This document shows, one piece after another, positions 1 to 12,225 of a DNA stretch of 64,000 nucleotides. The notes under the pieces were generated by a model, which worked only from the letters and a program-made list of their open reading frames with translations, did not search any database and was not told the DNA's origin. The position numbers and the translations under genes are program-made. Numbering within the stretch: the stretch's first letter is position 1; each line of letters begins with the position of its first letter. This DNA comes from Octopus vulgaris (lineage: Eukaryota): NCBI GenBank assembly GCA_951406725.2, contig OX597815.1, positions 100,502,001-100,566,000 on the forward strand, written 5' to 3'.

Positions 1-439
1 GTCATGTGGAACCTGGAGATGAATAATGGTGGCTTAGACCCATGTTTTCAACAAGTGATAATACTCAAACGACTTTAACATTCAAGTCAATGGTCCAATC
101 TGAACCTATTTAGTGCCATTTACTTTCAAATAAAAATTTTCAATTATATTTACATTTTTTAAAAATTAAATTAAATAAAGTGTGGTGTTTATGAGATGAG
201 AATAAATCCTTTAACATCAGGCTATTTTAGAAATAAAATACAAAAATGATATAAAATTGAACAGAAGTTTATATTATTAACATGAATTATAAAGGCCACA
301 CCTTCAAATCAGATTCCAAACAGCCCAAATTTGAAGAAAAGCAATATTAATTTGCAAAAAGTGTTTTAATATTTGTGATTAGCATACAAATATTAATTAA
401 TGCCTGTTGACTTAGAAATTGTCATTCCTCTATATATTT

Positions 440-2260
440 CCACTTGCACAAGATGTTAAATGATGCACATCTCAATTTTACATTGTTACACTTGCACAGT
501 GGACATGTTTGAACAGGAGCATTTTATTTCAAGATTGACATCTTTTGCTAGTGGTAGTATCATTCAAACTGGAATTAATTTCTTCTCTTTTCCTCCAGAG
601 GCCTTCCACATGTGTCATTCACTCTCAAATTCTAATACTGGCTTGAATAACAATTCTTTTGAAATGCTCTTCATAGACATCAGTGATTGGGGTACACTCA
701 GCACATTCCTGATTTTGTAACAAAACATTTTCATTCTCAGAAGTTCAACAATGGAATCATCCATGCAAGATTCATTAGAATACAGTTTGCAAACAAAATA
801 TACCACAACCTCTTTCAGTTGTAATATGTGTGGAATGCTAGTGGCAGTTCAAATTCTTTGATAAGGTTTGGAATTTTGTCTTAAAACAGTGAAAGTAGAA
901 CTTTTCATCAAAAAAATTTACCTGAACAGTTAGAGTGAGAATGATGTGAATCAGCACATTTCAACCAATAATAAATAATTTAAGTATCCAGTTAGATAAT
1001 TAGTGGTACTGGTTTCCATAATGTATGCCAATAATATAAATTGGTGCAAGAGTGGAGAGTCCCCTTTAGAGAGTGTTTTGTGGATATGAAGATTTTTGAA
1101 TTCTGCCAGATTTCCAGGTGAATTTTTAGCTAAATGCAAGCCACTATACTGAGCATTTATCCACATGATGGCCTTTGATAGGGCCACAGCACTCTGTACT
1201 CTTGCAATCACTAAGAAAACCAGATGAAGACAATTGGTTTCTAAGAGCCATGCAAGTTATATACAAAGATAATGTCAGCAAAAAGATAACTGGCAATGAG
1301 TTCAACAAGGTATATAGTGTGCAGGTAGATGTCCATCGGAGCTTAATTTTTAGCTCCCTTTTGATAATTATTGTTCTCCAAACCATAACAGAGGAGTTAT
1401 AGACAGGCTGTTAGTGGGAACTCATGTATGCTGATGACCTAATTCACAAGAATGTATGGATGTAAGGTAACAGTTGAATGCAATTAGTAGAGATCTCCAC
1501 TTGTAATGGTTATGATGTAACATGTTAGAGGTCACCAATTGTAACCAGTAGATTGTGGCATAGAGAAGAGGCTGGCTGAGAAAAGGCTGCATTTGAAGAA
1601 AAGCTGCATGTTGCATAATTGAGAGATACTGATGCAAGATAATTTATACTCATTATAGATATTATTCAACAATTACAAAGTTTATCAGAACTGCTACGAT
1701 TTAGAAATACAAATATTAGTTAATAGAGAACCTCTGGTAGGGATTTACTACTGTGTGAAAGGAGAAAGGTAATGGTATAAGGCTACCATGAGGTTTGCCA
1801 TTGCAACATGTTAGTTGTCTACTAGTGGCAGAGAGAAAGAGAGATATGTTATCTCTAAAAGTTGCAGATGGAGAGGGAATAACTATTTTAATTGTCTGAA
1901 ATCTCAGAATGGAAAAAGTTGAGCCAGTCAATGAAGACATGTTGGCTGCGTGAAAAATAACTGAAACAAACTCATAAACATTTAGCTGTAATATTTATTG
2001 CTAGACATAAAAACATTTCACGTTGGCGAATTACAATGAACAATATCAATAATTACCAAATGAAAGGAGAGAAAAACTGTTCTAAAAATATAGAAAGCGG
2101 TCAGTCCAAGAATACAGTCATCTGCACAAACCTCTGAGGCCACTTGTGGTGTCAGTGGTCATTGGTCATCTGCATGGCAAGAGTGGATAGAGGCATGAGC
2201 GAATCAGCTGCTTTCAACACTAAGATTGAGAGCCAAAAACAATTTTTATTGGTGACAAGA
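440..2260 (-). pseudogene. Heavily decayed transposon-associated gene fragment (PIN/XPG-like nuclease region plus C-terminal Cys-rich CXC-like tail), interrupted by an RTE fragment
   Basis: Minus-strand peptides across frameshifts and stops, in this order: AADSLM..IHSCHA (~2200), ILGLTAFYIF (~2100), YFVCKLY..SIVELLRMKMFC (~780), DVYEEHFKRIVIQASI (~660), EIKCSCS..CKIEMC (~510). They resemble the HEEADTRxxxH / LxxFHAFTGCD / LPPTxxAxxxHxxRAxxQA / CxC motifs of a widespread invertebrate TE-borne protein family. Recognised by eye only. Confidence 0.35.
1110..1445 (+). mobile_element. RTE-clade LINE reverse transcriptase fragment (decayed)
   Basis: Translates to WFLRAMQVIYKDNVSKKITGNEF..VQVDVHRSLIFSSLLIIIVLQTITEEL*TGC*WELMYADDL, a degenerate GVHQGSVLSPLLF and YADD region. 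Confidence 0.75.
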
Positions 2261-3720
2261 AGTCAAATTTTAGAACATTTGAGAAAACCTTATCACACTA
2301 CAGTCTCACACTGATTAGTCAACTTATAGACTGATCACATGAAACTGTGGTGGTTCACTCATGATCTAGCAGTTAGGTTTCAAATCCCTACTGCAACTTT
2401 ACACCATGGATTCTGTCATTTGCATATTTACTTTAGTTATTTTAATCTAATAATCGACTTCCCCATAAATTTTGGCAAACACACACACACACCATAGAAA
2501 AGACATCCTAATTTAAGGAAAATTTAAAGAAAATAAATTTAATGACGAAGACCTTGTTCACTTATATGAATGCATAAATGCTTAGGTTCCATGTCTCCAA
2601 CTTAGGGTTTAGTAGATACTAAATACCAGATACGTGTTTCAGGGTCTGTGGGGAAGTATGACTCATCTATTCTCTATTTCACGAAACAAACTATAGCAGT
2701 CTTTTCTGCTGTTCTCCCGTTCTCTCCCTCCAACAACACATCACATGAATTCATTGCTGTAATTATAGCCAGGATTTCGTAATGTGTGTATGTGCGCATA
2801 AGATATTTTTTTAAATGCTGTTCTTGAAACGTTTTAAATTTTTTGTTTTGGCATTTCCACAAGCATACCCTCGGGTTCATTTCATTTCACTTATCACACT
2901 CACCTTCAGATTTTAAAATGTTATTTCATTCTAATCACAGAATAGTTAATAATGAAACTTCTATAAACAGAGAACAACAGCTTGGAATATATTGTCAACC
3001 ATGGGTTCCAATGTATGCAGATTTTTATATAGACAAAAAAATTATACACTTTGCTAACAGTGACTATTATAACCACAACTAAACATCACCCTCCCACCTA
3101 AGTTACTCTATACTTTCATATCACTGAACATTTTAAGTTTTAGTAATAAATTATTTTTTTAAATCCATAAATTAGGATGAAAGGAAGGTGCTTAATTGCT
3201 AAAACTTTAAGGAAAAAGATGCAAAAATGGTCATTCTACGAGATGAGTGAGCCCATTACCGAATGCTTGCATCATTTAAAGACTAATTGGGACTTTGCCG
3301 GTTCTTTATAAATTTCTAATAATTAGTGTTAAAGATAAATGTAAACAATATTAAATTTGTTAAAATTTATGATTTCTGTCTAATTAAACAAAAATAAAAA
3401 CTAAAAGTTGTATATCACTGAGGAATAAAATACTTGTTGTTTACCACCACCCCGCACCAGTCAGCCCTTACTCTCATCAAGTGTTCCAGCAGTAACTCTT
3501 ACATCTTTTATTCAGAACATATTGCCCAATATGTTGTTCCTTTTTTAAGAAAGTAAAGTGTGGTTTGAGAGAGATTTGACTGTTATTTCTGCTGAGTCGA
3601 ACGACCTTGTATAGGTTCCGCCGGCAATACTCTATATTGGATTAAAATCCCGAGTTAACTTCGGTATTTTCCGTAAAGTAGCTAAGGGAGATAACTAATG
3701 TAACATTGCATTATTATTTG

Positions 3721-3730
3721 AAAATGGCGA
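3721..3730 (+). promoter_or_regulatory. YY1/TISU-like motif (AAAATGGCG) overlapping the WDR18 start codon, next to a locally CpG-rich promoter segment (~3600-3730)
   Basis: aaaATGgcga at 3721-3730; several CpGs immediately upstream in an otherwise CpG-poor background. Confidence 0.35.
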
Positions 3731-5067
3731 CGACAAAGAAAAGTAATGAGGTTCTGTTTACAACAGACACTTCAGGAGAACATTGGAATGTTTGTATGTG
3801 GGATTTCCATTCAGGAACCAGTTTGTCTTACTACAAGGGAGGTAGTACAACCTCTAGAGGCTTGGCTTTGATTGCTGGCGAATATCTTTTAGCTGCTAAT
3901 AACGCACGGTCTGTGTTACACGTGTGGACATTACAAAGGCGGGAACAGATGCAGAGCAAAGTTGTATTTCCAAAAAAAATATCTTCCCTTGCTGTTTCAC
4001 CGGATGGTTGCTTCTGCGTGGCTGGAATCGAAGAAAAGATCTATGTTTGGCAGGTCAGTTCTGGTGATCTATTAGCCATTGTTCAAAAACACTATCAAAA
4101 TATTACATGTGTCAAGTTTGTTGATAATATCACATTTGTTAGTGGAGGCGAAGATAATTTAGTAGTGGTTTGGTCATTAACTGATGTCGTACGCATTTGG
4201 AAAGATGCCTGTTTGAAACCTGAGCCTCTATTTACATGGAAAGACCATTCATTGGCAATTACTGACATACACGTTGGTGCTGGAGGACTTCGATCGCGAA
4301 TCGTAACAGCTTCCCTTGACCAAACATGCAAAATGTGGGATTTATGTTCGGGTCAGTTGTTATGTGATTTCGTCTTCCCAGTGGGAATAACGTCAGTTGT
4401 CATGGATGCAGCAGATAGTTGTTTATTCGCAGGAGCTAAAAATGGACATATCTATACGGTGGATCTCTTTGAAAACACAAATAGCCGACAGAGACATGTA
4501 GCGAGTGATACAGCTATGATAAAACGAGTTACTGCTTTTAATGGACACGATCAGCAAGTTACATGTTTGGCAATGTCAAAAGAGGGCGACAAATTAATTT
4601 CGGGTTCCGATGACTGCAACGTTAAAATTTGGGATATCAGTAGTGGCCAGTGTATACGAACCTTACCTCACAAAGGTGCTGTCACCAACGTTTTGATTAG
4701 CCCTGTCACACCAGCTATGTTAAACCCTAACTACAAACCGACGCGGCTACTTGGCCAGCTGAAACGAAACCTTCAGTCTGTCGACGAAGAAGGTGAAACT
4801 GTTGGAACTGTCCTCTTGAAAAATCAACCACAATCTTGTATATTTGAACCTTACACCGAAGAAAACGGTGATGTAATTGTTGCATACAATAGAGCCGTAA
4901 AGAATACCGGAACAAGTTTGGATATTCCTTATGAAGAAGGACACAGTGATATGAACGAATATGAGAAAACGGAACTGATTAAGAAACTGAAAGATGAATT
5001 GAAACAAGTTAAGAAAGTCAATAACAAACTCTTTGAATTCTCTATATTAAAGCTATCTGAAACCTGA
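3724..5067 (+). CDS. WDR18: WD repeat-containing protein 18 (Ipi3 orthologue, rixosome/PELP1 complex), single coding exon, 447 aa
   Basis: Open ORF with first ATG at 3724. WD40 repeats (FVSGGEDNLVVVW, WKDHSLAITD, IVTASLDQTCKMWD, GHDQQVTCLAMSKEGDKLISGSDDCNVKIWD), the typical N-terminus (VCMWDFHSGTSLSYYKGG) and a C-terminal coiled coil. AATAAA at 5071-5076. Confidence 0.93.
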   Translation: MATTKKSNEVLFTTDTSGEHWNVCMWDFHSGTSLSYYKGGSTTSRGLALIAGEYLLAANNARSVLHVWTLQRREQMQSKVVFPKKISSLAVSPDGCFCVAGIEEKIYVWQVSSGDLLAIVQKHYQNITCVKFVDNITFVSGGEDNLVVVWSLTDVVRIWKDACLKPEPLFTWKDHSLAITDIHVGAGGLRSRIVTASLDQTCKMWDLCSGQLLCDFVFPVGITSVVMDAADSCLFAGAKNGHIYTVDLFENTNSRQRHVASDTAMIKRVTAFNGHDQQVTCLAMSKEGDKLISGSDDCNVKIWDISSGQCIRTLPHKGAVTNVLISPVTPAMLNPNYKPTRLLGQLKRNLQSVDEEGETVGTVLLKNQPQSCIFEPYTEENGDVIVAYNRAVKNTGTSLDIPYEEGHSDMNEYEKTELIKKLKDELKQVKKVNNKLFEFSILKLSET

Positions 5068-6523
5068 TGAAATAAATAAGAATGCTTACAATATTGTCCT
5101 TTAGTTAACTCTTCCTATAAAACAGTCTGTGTGTTTCATTTAATTTTGGGTATCCTTTCAGTACCGAAACTTCTATCAATGCACTTTTGGTAACATTGTT
5201 TCAGTTTTACATGGTGTATTGTCTTTTTTTTTTTTTTTTATCCATCTTCTTAATTTGTTCAGTATTCATGATCCAACAGAAGTTGTATCGTTCCTACTTT
5301 TGTCTAGGACTGATCGGGCTACTGGTCTCATTCTATGGCAATACAAGCGCAAATAATTCAATTGATATAAGAAGGAAATTATGATTGATATGTTTTGACA
5401 AAAGAAAAAATACACATTTAAATATTTAATTGTTATATCTTTATTTTAGACATTTTTACATTTAATACCCCCCTTCCTTGCACTAAAGTTAAACTATGAA
5501 ACAGTAAAAATTTTAGTAAGTAGGCTAACATCTAATTGGACATAGATGTAATTTACGAGGTTAAAATATGTAACAGATTAACATGAACATATTGAATTAA
5601 GGAATTTTATGATGTTGGTGCTGTCGTAATTACATTGCAATTAGATGGGCTAAGAAGAGTTTGAAACCTTACTATTAAAAAAACTAATTATTTATACTTC
5701 CTTTTAGTGGCTAATGGAAGGACAGTGCTTATGATCTTTTTCAAAGGCCTCCAATATAGTGTATCCTGGTAGCTTGCAACAATGAATTCTACAAAAGACA
5801 CCCATGGACCAGAAAATGGATCCTATCACTTGATTAATCCTCTTCTGAGAAATATATTTCAAAAGTTATTGCGTTCATGGATTTGAATAGTCATAATGTT
5901 TTTTAAATTACAGTTTATCTAGTTGAAAATTGAAGTCTGCTGTTGTAAAGAAATCCAGAACAGTTGCTGTGTTGAGGAAATTTTTGTGTGGTTGCCCAGC
6001 CTGCAAAAAAATAATAAATTCCAGATCTTCATTACATTCCATGAACTTATAAGGGAGCAACACATTAACTTGAAAAGCCAATGGCTAAAAGAGTCCCCTG
6101 GGTGCTTTTAATTGTAGGTTTATTCAATCAGTTTCAACAACTCTGAAAAAGCAATCCTCAAACAATCCTATCAATTCATGATGTATAATTAAAAGTTGAA
6201 ACATTAGCTCTTCAAGCTAATGTTATCACTGACTTTGCTAGAAATAGCAAAATCTTTCGAATCACACTGTCTTTAAAAAGGAAAAACACTTGATAATGTT
6301 GTCCAAGATAAATTGTCTGGACAGACTAGATGGTCATGGCTTGAAGGCCTTTAATCACAAGTCTGCTTCATATAGAACTAAGCATTTTCTTTTAAAACAA
6401 TATGACTCGTTGCTGGTTTGTAAAGTTGTCCAAACATAATATATAGAACAATCTAGTACAGAGAGTACACATCCTGTCTATCTAGGTACTATATTTACTT
6501 ACTAAACTACTGATTTAACTCCC

Positions 6524-6902
6524 TACTCTTTTACTTGTTTCAGTCATTTGACTGCGGCCATGCTGGAGCACCACCTTTAGTCGAGCAAATCGACCCCGAG
6601 ACTTATTCTTTGTAAGCCCAGTACTTATTCTATCGGTCTCTTTTTGCCGAACCGCTAAGTGACGGGGACGTAAACACACCACCATCGGTTGTCAAGCAAT
6701 GCTAGGGGGACAAACACAGACACACAAACACACATACATATATATGACGGGCTTCTTTCAGTTTCCGTCTACCAAATCCACTCACAAGGCATTGGTCAGC
6801 CCGGGGCTATAGCAGAAGACACTTGCCCAATTTGCCACGCAGTGGGATTGAACCCGGAACCATGTGGTTGGTAAGCAAGCTACTTACCACACAGCCACTC
6901 CC
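6524..6902 (-). mobile_element. tRNA-derived SINE, family A (tail GTAAAAGA repeats), near full length
   Basis: Minus-strand head GGAGTGGCTGTGTGGTAAG..GGTTCAATCCC (Pol III A/B box-like) and tail GACTGAAACAAGTAAAAGAGTA. Related copies near 8436, 13330, 14895, 18640, 26370, 30755, 39960, 43790, 52480, 55260 and 55970. Confidence 0.85.
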
Positions 6903-7476
6903 ACGTGCAATAATCTTTAAATTTTTTTTTAACTATTTCAAGAACAGAACAGTCATCATTTTAATGCTTAGGGTTTCATTGCTTTTCTGTTCGGAATATG
7001 TTCACAGCAATTTAATAAATCTACATTTAGATTTTTTTCTCTGTACACAATTTGTGAGAATATGGAAAAGAAGAGATTTCTATGGTGGGTGTAGTAAATT
7101 ATAAAAGTATTTTTGTAATTTTTAATTTATTTTTAGTTTTATATGTAGGGGATTAATGTGAAACGGATAAATTTTAAATTTTTAAACATTTACTCTACTT
7201 TGTTAATTCCTCTCCAGTCTTCACATGTCCCAAGTCTCACTACCATGGAGCGTAGCCATTTCTTATACAAGCATCATACAATCTGCCTTTCACACTAAAA
7301 GGCCTATTATTGACAACAAAAGTACTTGCTCTCTGAACTTTCTCCATCCTATTCTTATTCTAGCAAACTATACTTTCAGAACATCCTCCTCAACTGCTTA
7401 TTAGGTCACCTAGGTAACAAAAACTATCTACAACCACTAGAAAATCTCCTGGGTATTTGAGGATATCTAATTGCCA

Positions 7477-8170
7477 TCATCATCATCATCATTTAACGTC
7501 CGTTCTCCATGCTAGCATGGGTTGGACGGTTCGACTGGGGATCTGGGAAGCCAGAGGGCTGCACCAGGCTTCAGTCTGATCTGGCAGTGTTTCTACAGCT
7601 GGATGCCCTTCCTAATGCCAACCACTCCGTGAGTGTAGTGGGTGCTTTTTATGTGCCACCTGCACGGGTGCCAGGCGAGGCTGGCAACGGCCACGATTGG
7701 ATTGGATTGGTGCATTTTACGTGCCACCGGCACAAGCCAGTCAAGGCAGCACTGGCATCGGCCATGATTCGGATGATGCTTTTTACATGCCACCGGCACG
7801 GAAGCCAGTCAAGGCGGTGCTGGCATTGGCCACGATTCGGATAGTGCTTTTTACGTGCCACCGGCACGGAAGCCAGTCTAGGCGGCGCTGGCATCAGTCA
7901 CGTTCAGATGGTGCTTTTTATGTGCCACCGGCACAGGGATCACAACTGCAGTTTCCATTGATTTTGATGGTGTACTTGACTGAATGGATCTCAAGCACAG
8001 GGTCGAAATGATGTTTCTTCACTTGCCACCTGCACAGGAGTCAGTCCAGCGGTCCTGGCAACTGTCGGGTGCCAGTCATAGGATTGGTTCAATTTCGATT
8101 CCGATTTCACTTTCCCCAACAGGTCTTCGCAAGCAGAGTTTAGTGTCCAATGAAGGGAGGTTGGCATGGG
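7477..8170 (-). mobile_element. (GAT)n-tailed retroposon, family B (RTE 3' UTR or RTE-dependent SINE), with internal ~67-bp tandem repeats
   Basis: Tail CCCATGCTAGCATGGAGAACGGACGTTAAATGATGATG. Internal units start near 7641, 7709, 7775, 7843 and 7910. Related copies near 14465, 17480, 19400, 37880, 39720, 40868, 46430, 49308, 53400 and 59545. Confidence 0.85.
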
Positions 8171-8435
8171 TGCATCCTTATATTTTTGTTGTACTTGCGC
8201 ATCTGCCACATACAAAGACTACTTTCTGTTAAACTTCCACTGATTATACTGCACCTTTTATGTGTCCATAGCTTGCACCAGGTAATCAAATGGAATTCCT
8301 TCCAACACCTTTCGTACATATTGAGCTGAACTATTTACCATATGGAAAGATACTCTTATCTACTTTCTTGCTAATTACAACTTTGGTCTTCTCTAGGTTA
8401 ACTTTAAAGCCCTCTCATTCCAGATTTTGCTTCTG

Positions 8436-8797
8436 TACTCTTACTCTTTACTCTTTTACTTGTTTCAGTCATTTGACTGTGGCCATGCTGGAGCACCACC
8501 TTTAGTCGAGCAAATCGACCTCAGAACTTATTCTTTGTAAGCCTAGTACTTATTTTATCGGTCTTTTATGGCGAACTGCTAAGTTACGGGGACGTAAACA
8601 CACCACCATCAGTGGGGGGGGGGACAAACACAGACACACATACATATATACAACAGGCTTCTTTCAGTTTCGGTCTACCAAATCCACTCACAAGGCTTTG
8701 GTCGGCCCGAGGCTATAGTAGAACCACGCAGTGGGACTGAACCTGGAACCATGTGGTTCGTAAGCAAGCTACTTACCACACAGCCACTCTTACGCCT
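8436..8797 (-). mobile_element. SINE family A copy nested in the RTE fragment
   Basis: Highly similar to 6524-6902; RTE sequence resumes on both sides. Confidence 0.85.
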
Positions 8798-11460
8798 CCT
8801 GTATCTGGAATTTCTTTTCCATTTCTGTTACAAATTCCACCAGAAGAGTGAGGTCATCAGCAAATAGTAGCTCCCACAGACCAGTCTTAAATTCAACTGT
8901 TATGGCCTGGAGAAATAAGAAGGGACTGAGAACCAAGCACTAATGAACTCCTACTAAAGAAAGTCATCACTGTACTTATAGCTGACTCTCACCTTACTGA
9001 CAGCACCTTTATGCATGGCTTGTACAGCTCTAACAAACCATTTGTCTACACCTAACTTCTTTGGAAACCACCAGATTACAGAGCAAGTAACTCTTTCAAA
9101 GGCTTTCACCAGGTCAATGAATGCTAAGTACAATGGTTTACTTTTGGTTAGATACTTCTGCAGTTGTCACACTGGGAAGATGGCAGGCCATAGTACTTTT
9201 CTCTGGCACAAACCCAAACTGCATCTCATTTAGTCTAATTCTGGTCCTAATTGAGCTATGATCCTATTCATAAAATTAATTAGTTGAATGATTATGTCTA
9301 ATCAACAGATCCAATGCTTCAGAAATACTATGTCTCTGAGAGAGGACCATATTACATACACTGACATAGAATGTAGGGCAGTGTGTTAATATGGACACAC
9401 TTTCAGTCTGAAGATTCTGATAATTGTCACAGTGGAAATGGGCTTGTTCAGAGTACAACAGTTGTTATTCTGAAATTTCCACTGAAGTGTGCATACCAGC
9501 ACAACATGGAGCTAATAAAGTTATTGGTGCTACTATCTTTGTGGTTTTCTGGACTAAGTGGGTAGGATAGTGTTGCAAATTTAAATATATGTCATGGCAG
9601 TGGCAGGCTGAAATGCTTGCTATGATAGCAAACTCTGCCCCTCACATATCCCCGTTGTTGTACATTTCAGTAATGTGAATGTGGTTTGTGCAATATATAA
9701 TATAAAATTAGCAGTTTTGTGTCTATTGTTCTTGTTTAAACCCAGATCAGCCCTGATTTAACATAATCAAAAGCAATCCATCTGTGATGATCTTATTTTG
9801 TGAATCTAATACTGCATTGTTCAATGTGTCCTTTCTTTTGTGAGATGGAAGGGTTTGATCAAAGTAAATTTAGTTACTAGAAACTACATGAAAGCTTATT
9901 GAAAAGGCCCTACCTGTCTAAATGGTAGATCTTATCCATCACCAAATTTAACGCAACCATCAAGCCTTTAGATGCCTGTAGCAGAGTCCAGTCAGTTGTA
10001 TTTCCACCAAGTTGCTGGTCTGAGGATAACTTCTCTTCTTCCCAGTAGTTTTAGGGGCCTTGAGGAAGGCCTATATGTACTGCATTGCTTCCAACTAAGC
10101 CTTAACAAAATTAATAATTTTTTTTAATGAATGATGAGAAGGCTGATTATGTACATTCAAAAGTAAAGTATTATTTAACTCCAGTCAAGTCTGGGGCTAA
10201 ACAAGGATCATAGCAGATCCATGATAAAAAGCATTCCAGATAAAATCGTGTATTTTTTTTTTTTTTTTTTTTTAGGAATAAGACTACGTTACTTAATATG
10301 TCCTTACTTCTTTTTAAAGGTTGGGCGTTGTTTAAGGGAGGCTTTACTGCTATTTTTAAAGGGTCTAGTGACAACATGGAATGGTATTCTTGATAATGGC
10401 GACAGAAGTAAAGAAAGCACTGGATTGTATTCAATACTTGGAAATAAAATTAGCTACCATGGATGAAAATTAGACTCGAAAGTTCGTATTGCATAGTATA
10501 CTTTGGGCGATATCCTCACATTCCCATTCTTTGTTTATTCTCTGGCGAGATAGCCGATATGAAACGAGTCATCAGTAACGCAGACTGTACTAGAAATTGA
10601 TGCGTAATTTAATGAAATAAAGAACTTTCAACGAATAAATGTAGGACTCAGTAATGAGAAGGGTCTGTATACACTGGATGCTAATAACCAAAGGATTAGA
10701 TAATAAGAGACGGGGAAAAAAACCGTTACCGTTTGGTTTTCGTTTTCTTTCTTGAACTAAAACAAGCAAATTTTAATTTATCGAGTATTTTTTTACGTAT
10801 GGCATGCAGTATATCCCCACTTAACATATTCATGCCATTGGTCCACTTAATTTCCCTTACCTCATATTTTTAATAAAGATTTTTAAAAAACCATTGGTTT
10901 CATATTAGAAAAACAATATCAAAATATCTCTCAAAGACACCTCGAAAAGTATTGTTTTAAAATATTTAATATAACTAACTTTTTACATAAACCCCAGGTT
11001 TACAGACAAGGAGATAGCTTGTTTGCTGTCCTTCGCAGATATTTATGACGTAAATGGAATTAAATAATTATAACCAAGAATCGAAACCAGATTGCTGTCT
11101 CGCTTCAGAGGTGTAGGAGAGATCTTACCTCTACATTACATGGAACATAAGAATTTATTTTACGCACTTAGAAGTTCGATTGACATGTGTGCCAGAGGTG
11201 ACTTAGGACTATAGAACAACAATAACAACTTGACATGCAGAGGTCACGACTGAAGAATGTCGGGTAATAATTATAATCTCATGTAAAATCAACAAACAAT
11301 TAAACTCTCTGAAAAGTTTTAAATAAGTTTAGAAAGGGTTTAAATATAACTCTAATATTAATTAAAAATTAAAATAATAATTTTCAAAGGTATTTTAATG
11401 GTTTTGATTACAATTTTCCAACTTATTGTTGATATGTTGATCGTCCCGGGACTGTTTATT

Positions 11461-11473
11461 GGTGCTTAGTAAC
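11461..11473 (+). promoter_or_regulatory. Possible RFX X-box upstream of the ciliary gene ARL6
   Basis: GGTGCTTAGTAAC has a perfect RGYAAC half-site and a degenerate first half, about 190 bp upstream of the ATG. Confidence 0.25.
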
Positions 11474-11652
11474 GAACTTTAAAGTAGCATCATATGGCTA
11501 CAGGAGTGGTTTTGATACTTTAGACTGTGCTACTTACGATTGGTTAATGGAACTGTTGAATTGTGTGTTTAATCGACAGTTTTCTGGAATATCGTCTATA
11601 ACAAATTTATAATATATGAAATCTGTTTTATCTCTCTCTTTGAAAGTTAATT

Positions 11653-12225
11653 ATGGGAATATTAGATACACTTGCTCGATGGTTCGGCTTGAAACGGAAA
11701 GAGGCTAATATTTTAGTCGTCGGTTTGGATAATAGTGGTAAAAGTACAATTTTAAACTATCTTAAACCTTCGGACATAAGATCTCAGGATATTGTCCCGA
11801 CTGTTGGTTTTAATGTGGAACGATTTCAAACAAAATCTTTGTCGTTTTCGGCCTTTGATATGTCAGGCCAGGGTCGTTATCGTAGTCTATGGGAACATTA
11901 CTACAAGGATTGCCATGGTATTATCTTCGTCATCGATAGTAGTGACCTCTTAAGGATGGTTGTTGCTAAAGATGAACTGGATCATTTACTCACACACCAA
12001 CATATCAAGAACCGCCACGTCCCTTTGCTGTTTTATGCTAACAAGATGGATATGAGAGATTCCATTTCCAAACTGAAATGCGTCGAACTGTTAGGATTAG
12101 ACCAACTTAAGATCCGAGCGTGGCATATCTGTTCGAGTAACGCACTGACTGGTGATGGTGTTAGTGAAGGGATTAGCTGGCTCACCGAACAAATTATTGC
12201 AGTTAACAATAACAACAGAAATTAA
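11653..12225 (+). CDS. ARL6: ADP-ribosylation factor-like protein 6 (BBS3), single coding exon, 190 aa
   Basis: MG N-terminus, P-loop GLDNSGKS, VPTVGF, the ARL6-diagnostic FDMSGQGRYRSLWEHYY, LRMVVAKDELD, G4 NKMD, and WHICSSNALTGDG. Confidence 0.95.
   Translation: MGILDTLARWFGLKRKEANILVVGLDNSGKSTILNYLKPSDIRSQDIVPTVGFNVERFQTKSLSFSAFDMSGQGRYRSLWEHYYKDCHGIIFVIDSSDLLRMVVAKDELDHLLTHQHIKNRHVPLLFYANKMDMRDSISKLKCVELLGLDQLKIRAWHICSSNALTGDGVSEGISWLTEQIIAVNNNNRN

Larger units (their letters stand above)
7200..9260 (-). mobile_element. Decayed RTE-clade LINE fragment carrying nested repeats at 7477-8170 and 8436-8797
   Basis: Minus-strand remnants include AFIDLVKAFE (DLEKAFD-like, ~9110), WELLFADDL (~8860) and RIRIGWRKFRE (~7350), with many stops. 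Confidence 0.7.

Noticed and set aside
3706-3723. ORF-track N-terminal extension of WDR18 from a TTG
   Set aside because: Eukaryotic gene; the first ATG, in good context, is at 3724.
6840-6902. tRNA-like A/B boxes
   Set aside because: SINE head; no complete cloverleaf. The same applies to 54493-54580.
7641-7935. Regularly spaced repeats superficially like a CRISPR array
   Set aside because: Whole units are similar (no unique spacers), there are no cas genes, and the array sits inside a eukaryotic retroposon.
10850-11140. Two strong minus-strand donor-like sites (AG|GTAAG) suggesting a gene divergent from ARL6
   Set aside because: No matching coding exons or acceptors could be identified; cannot be supported without transcript data.
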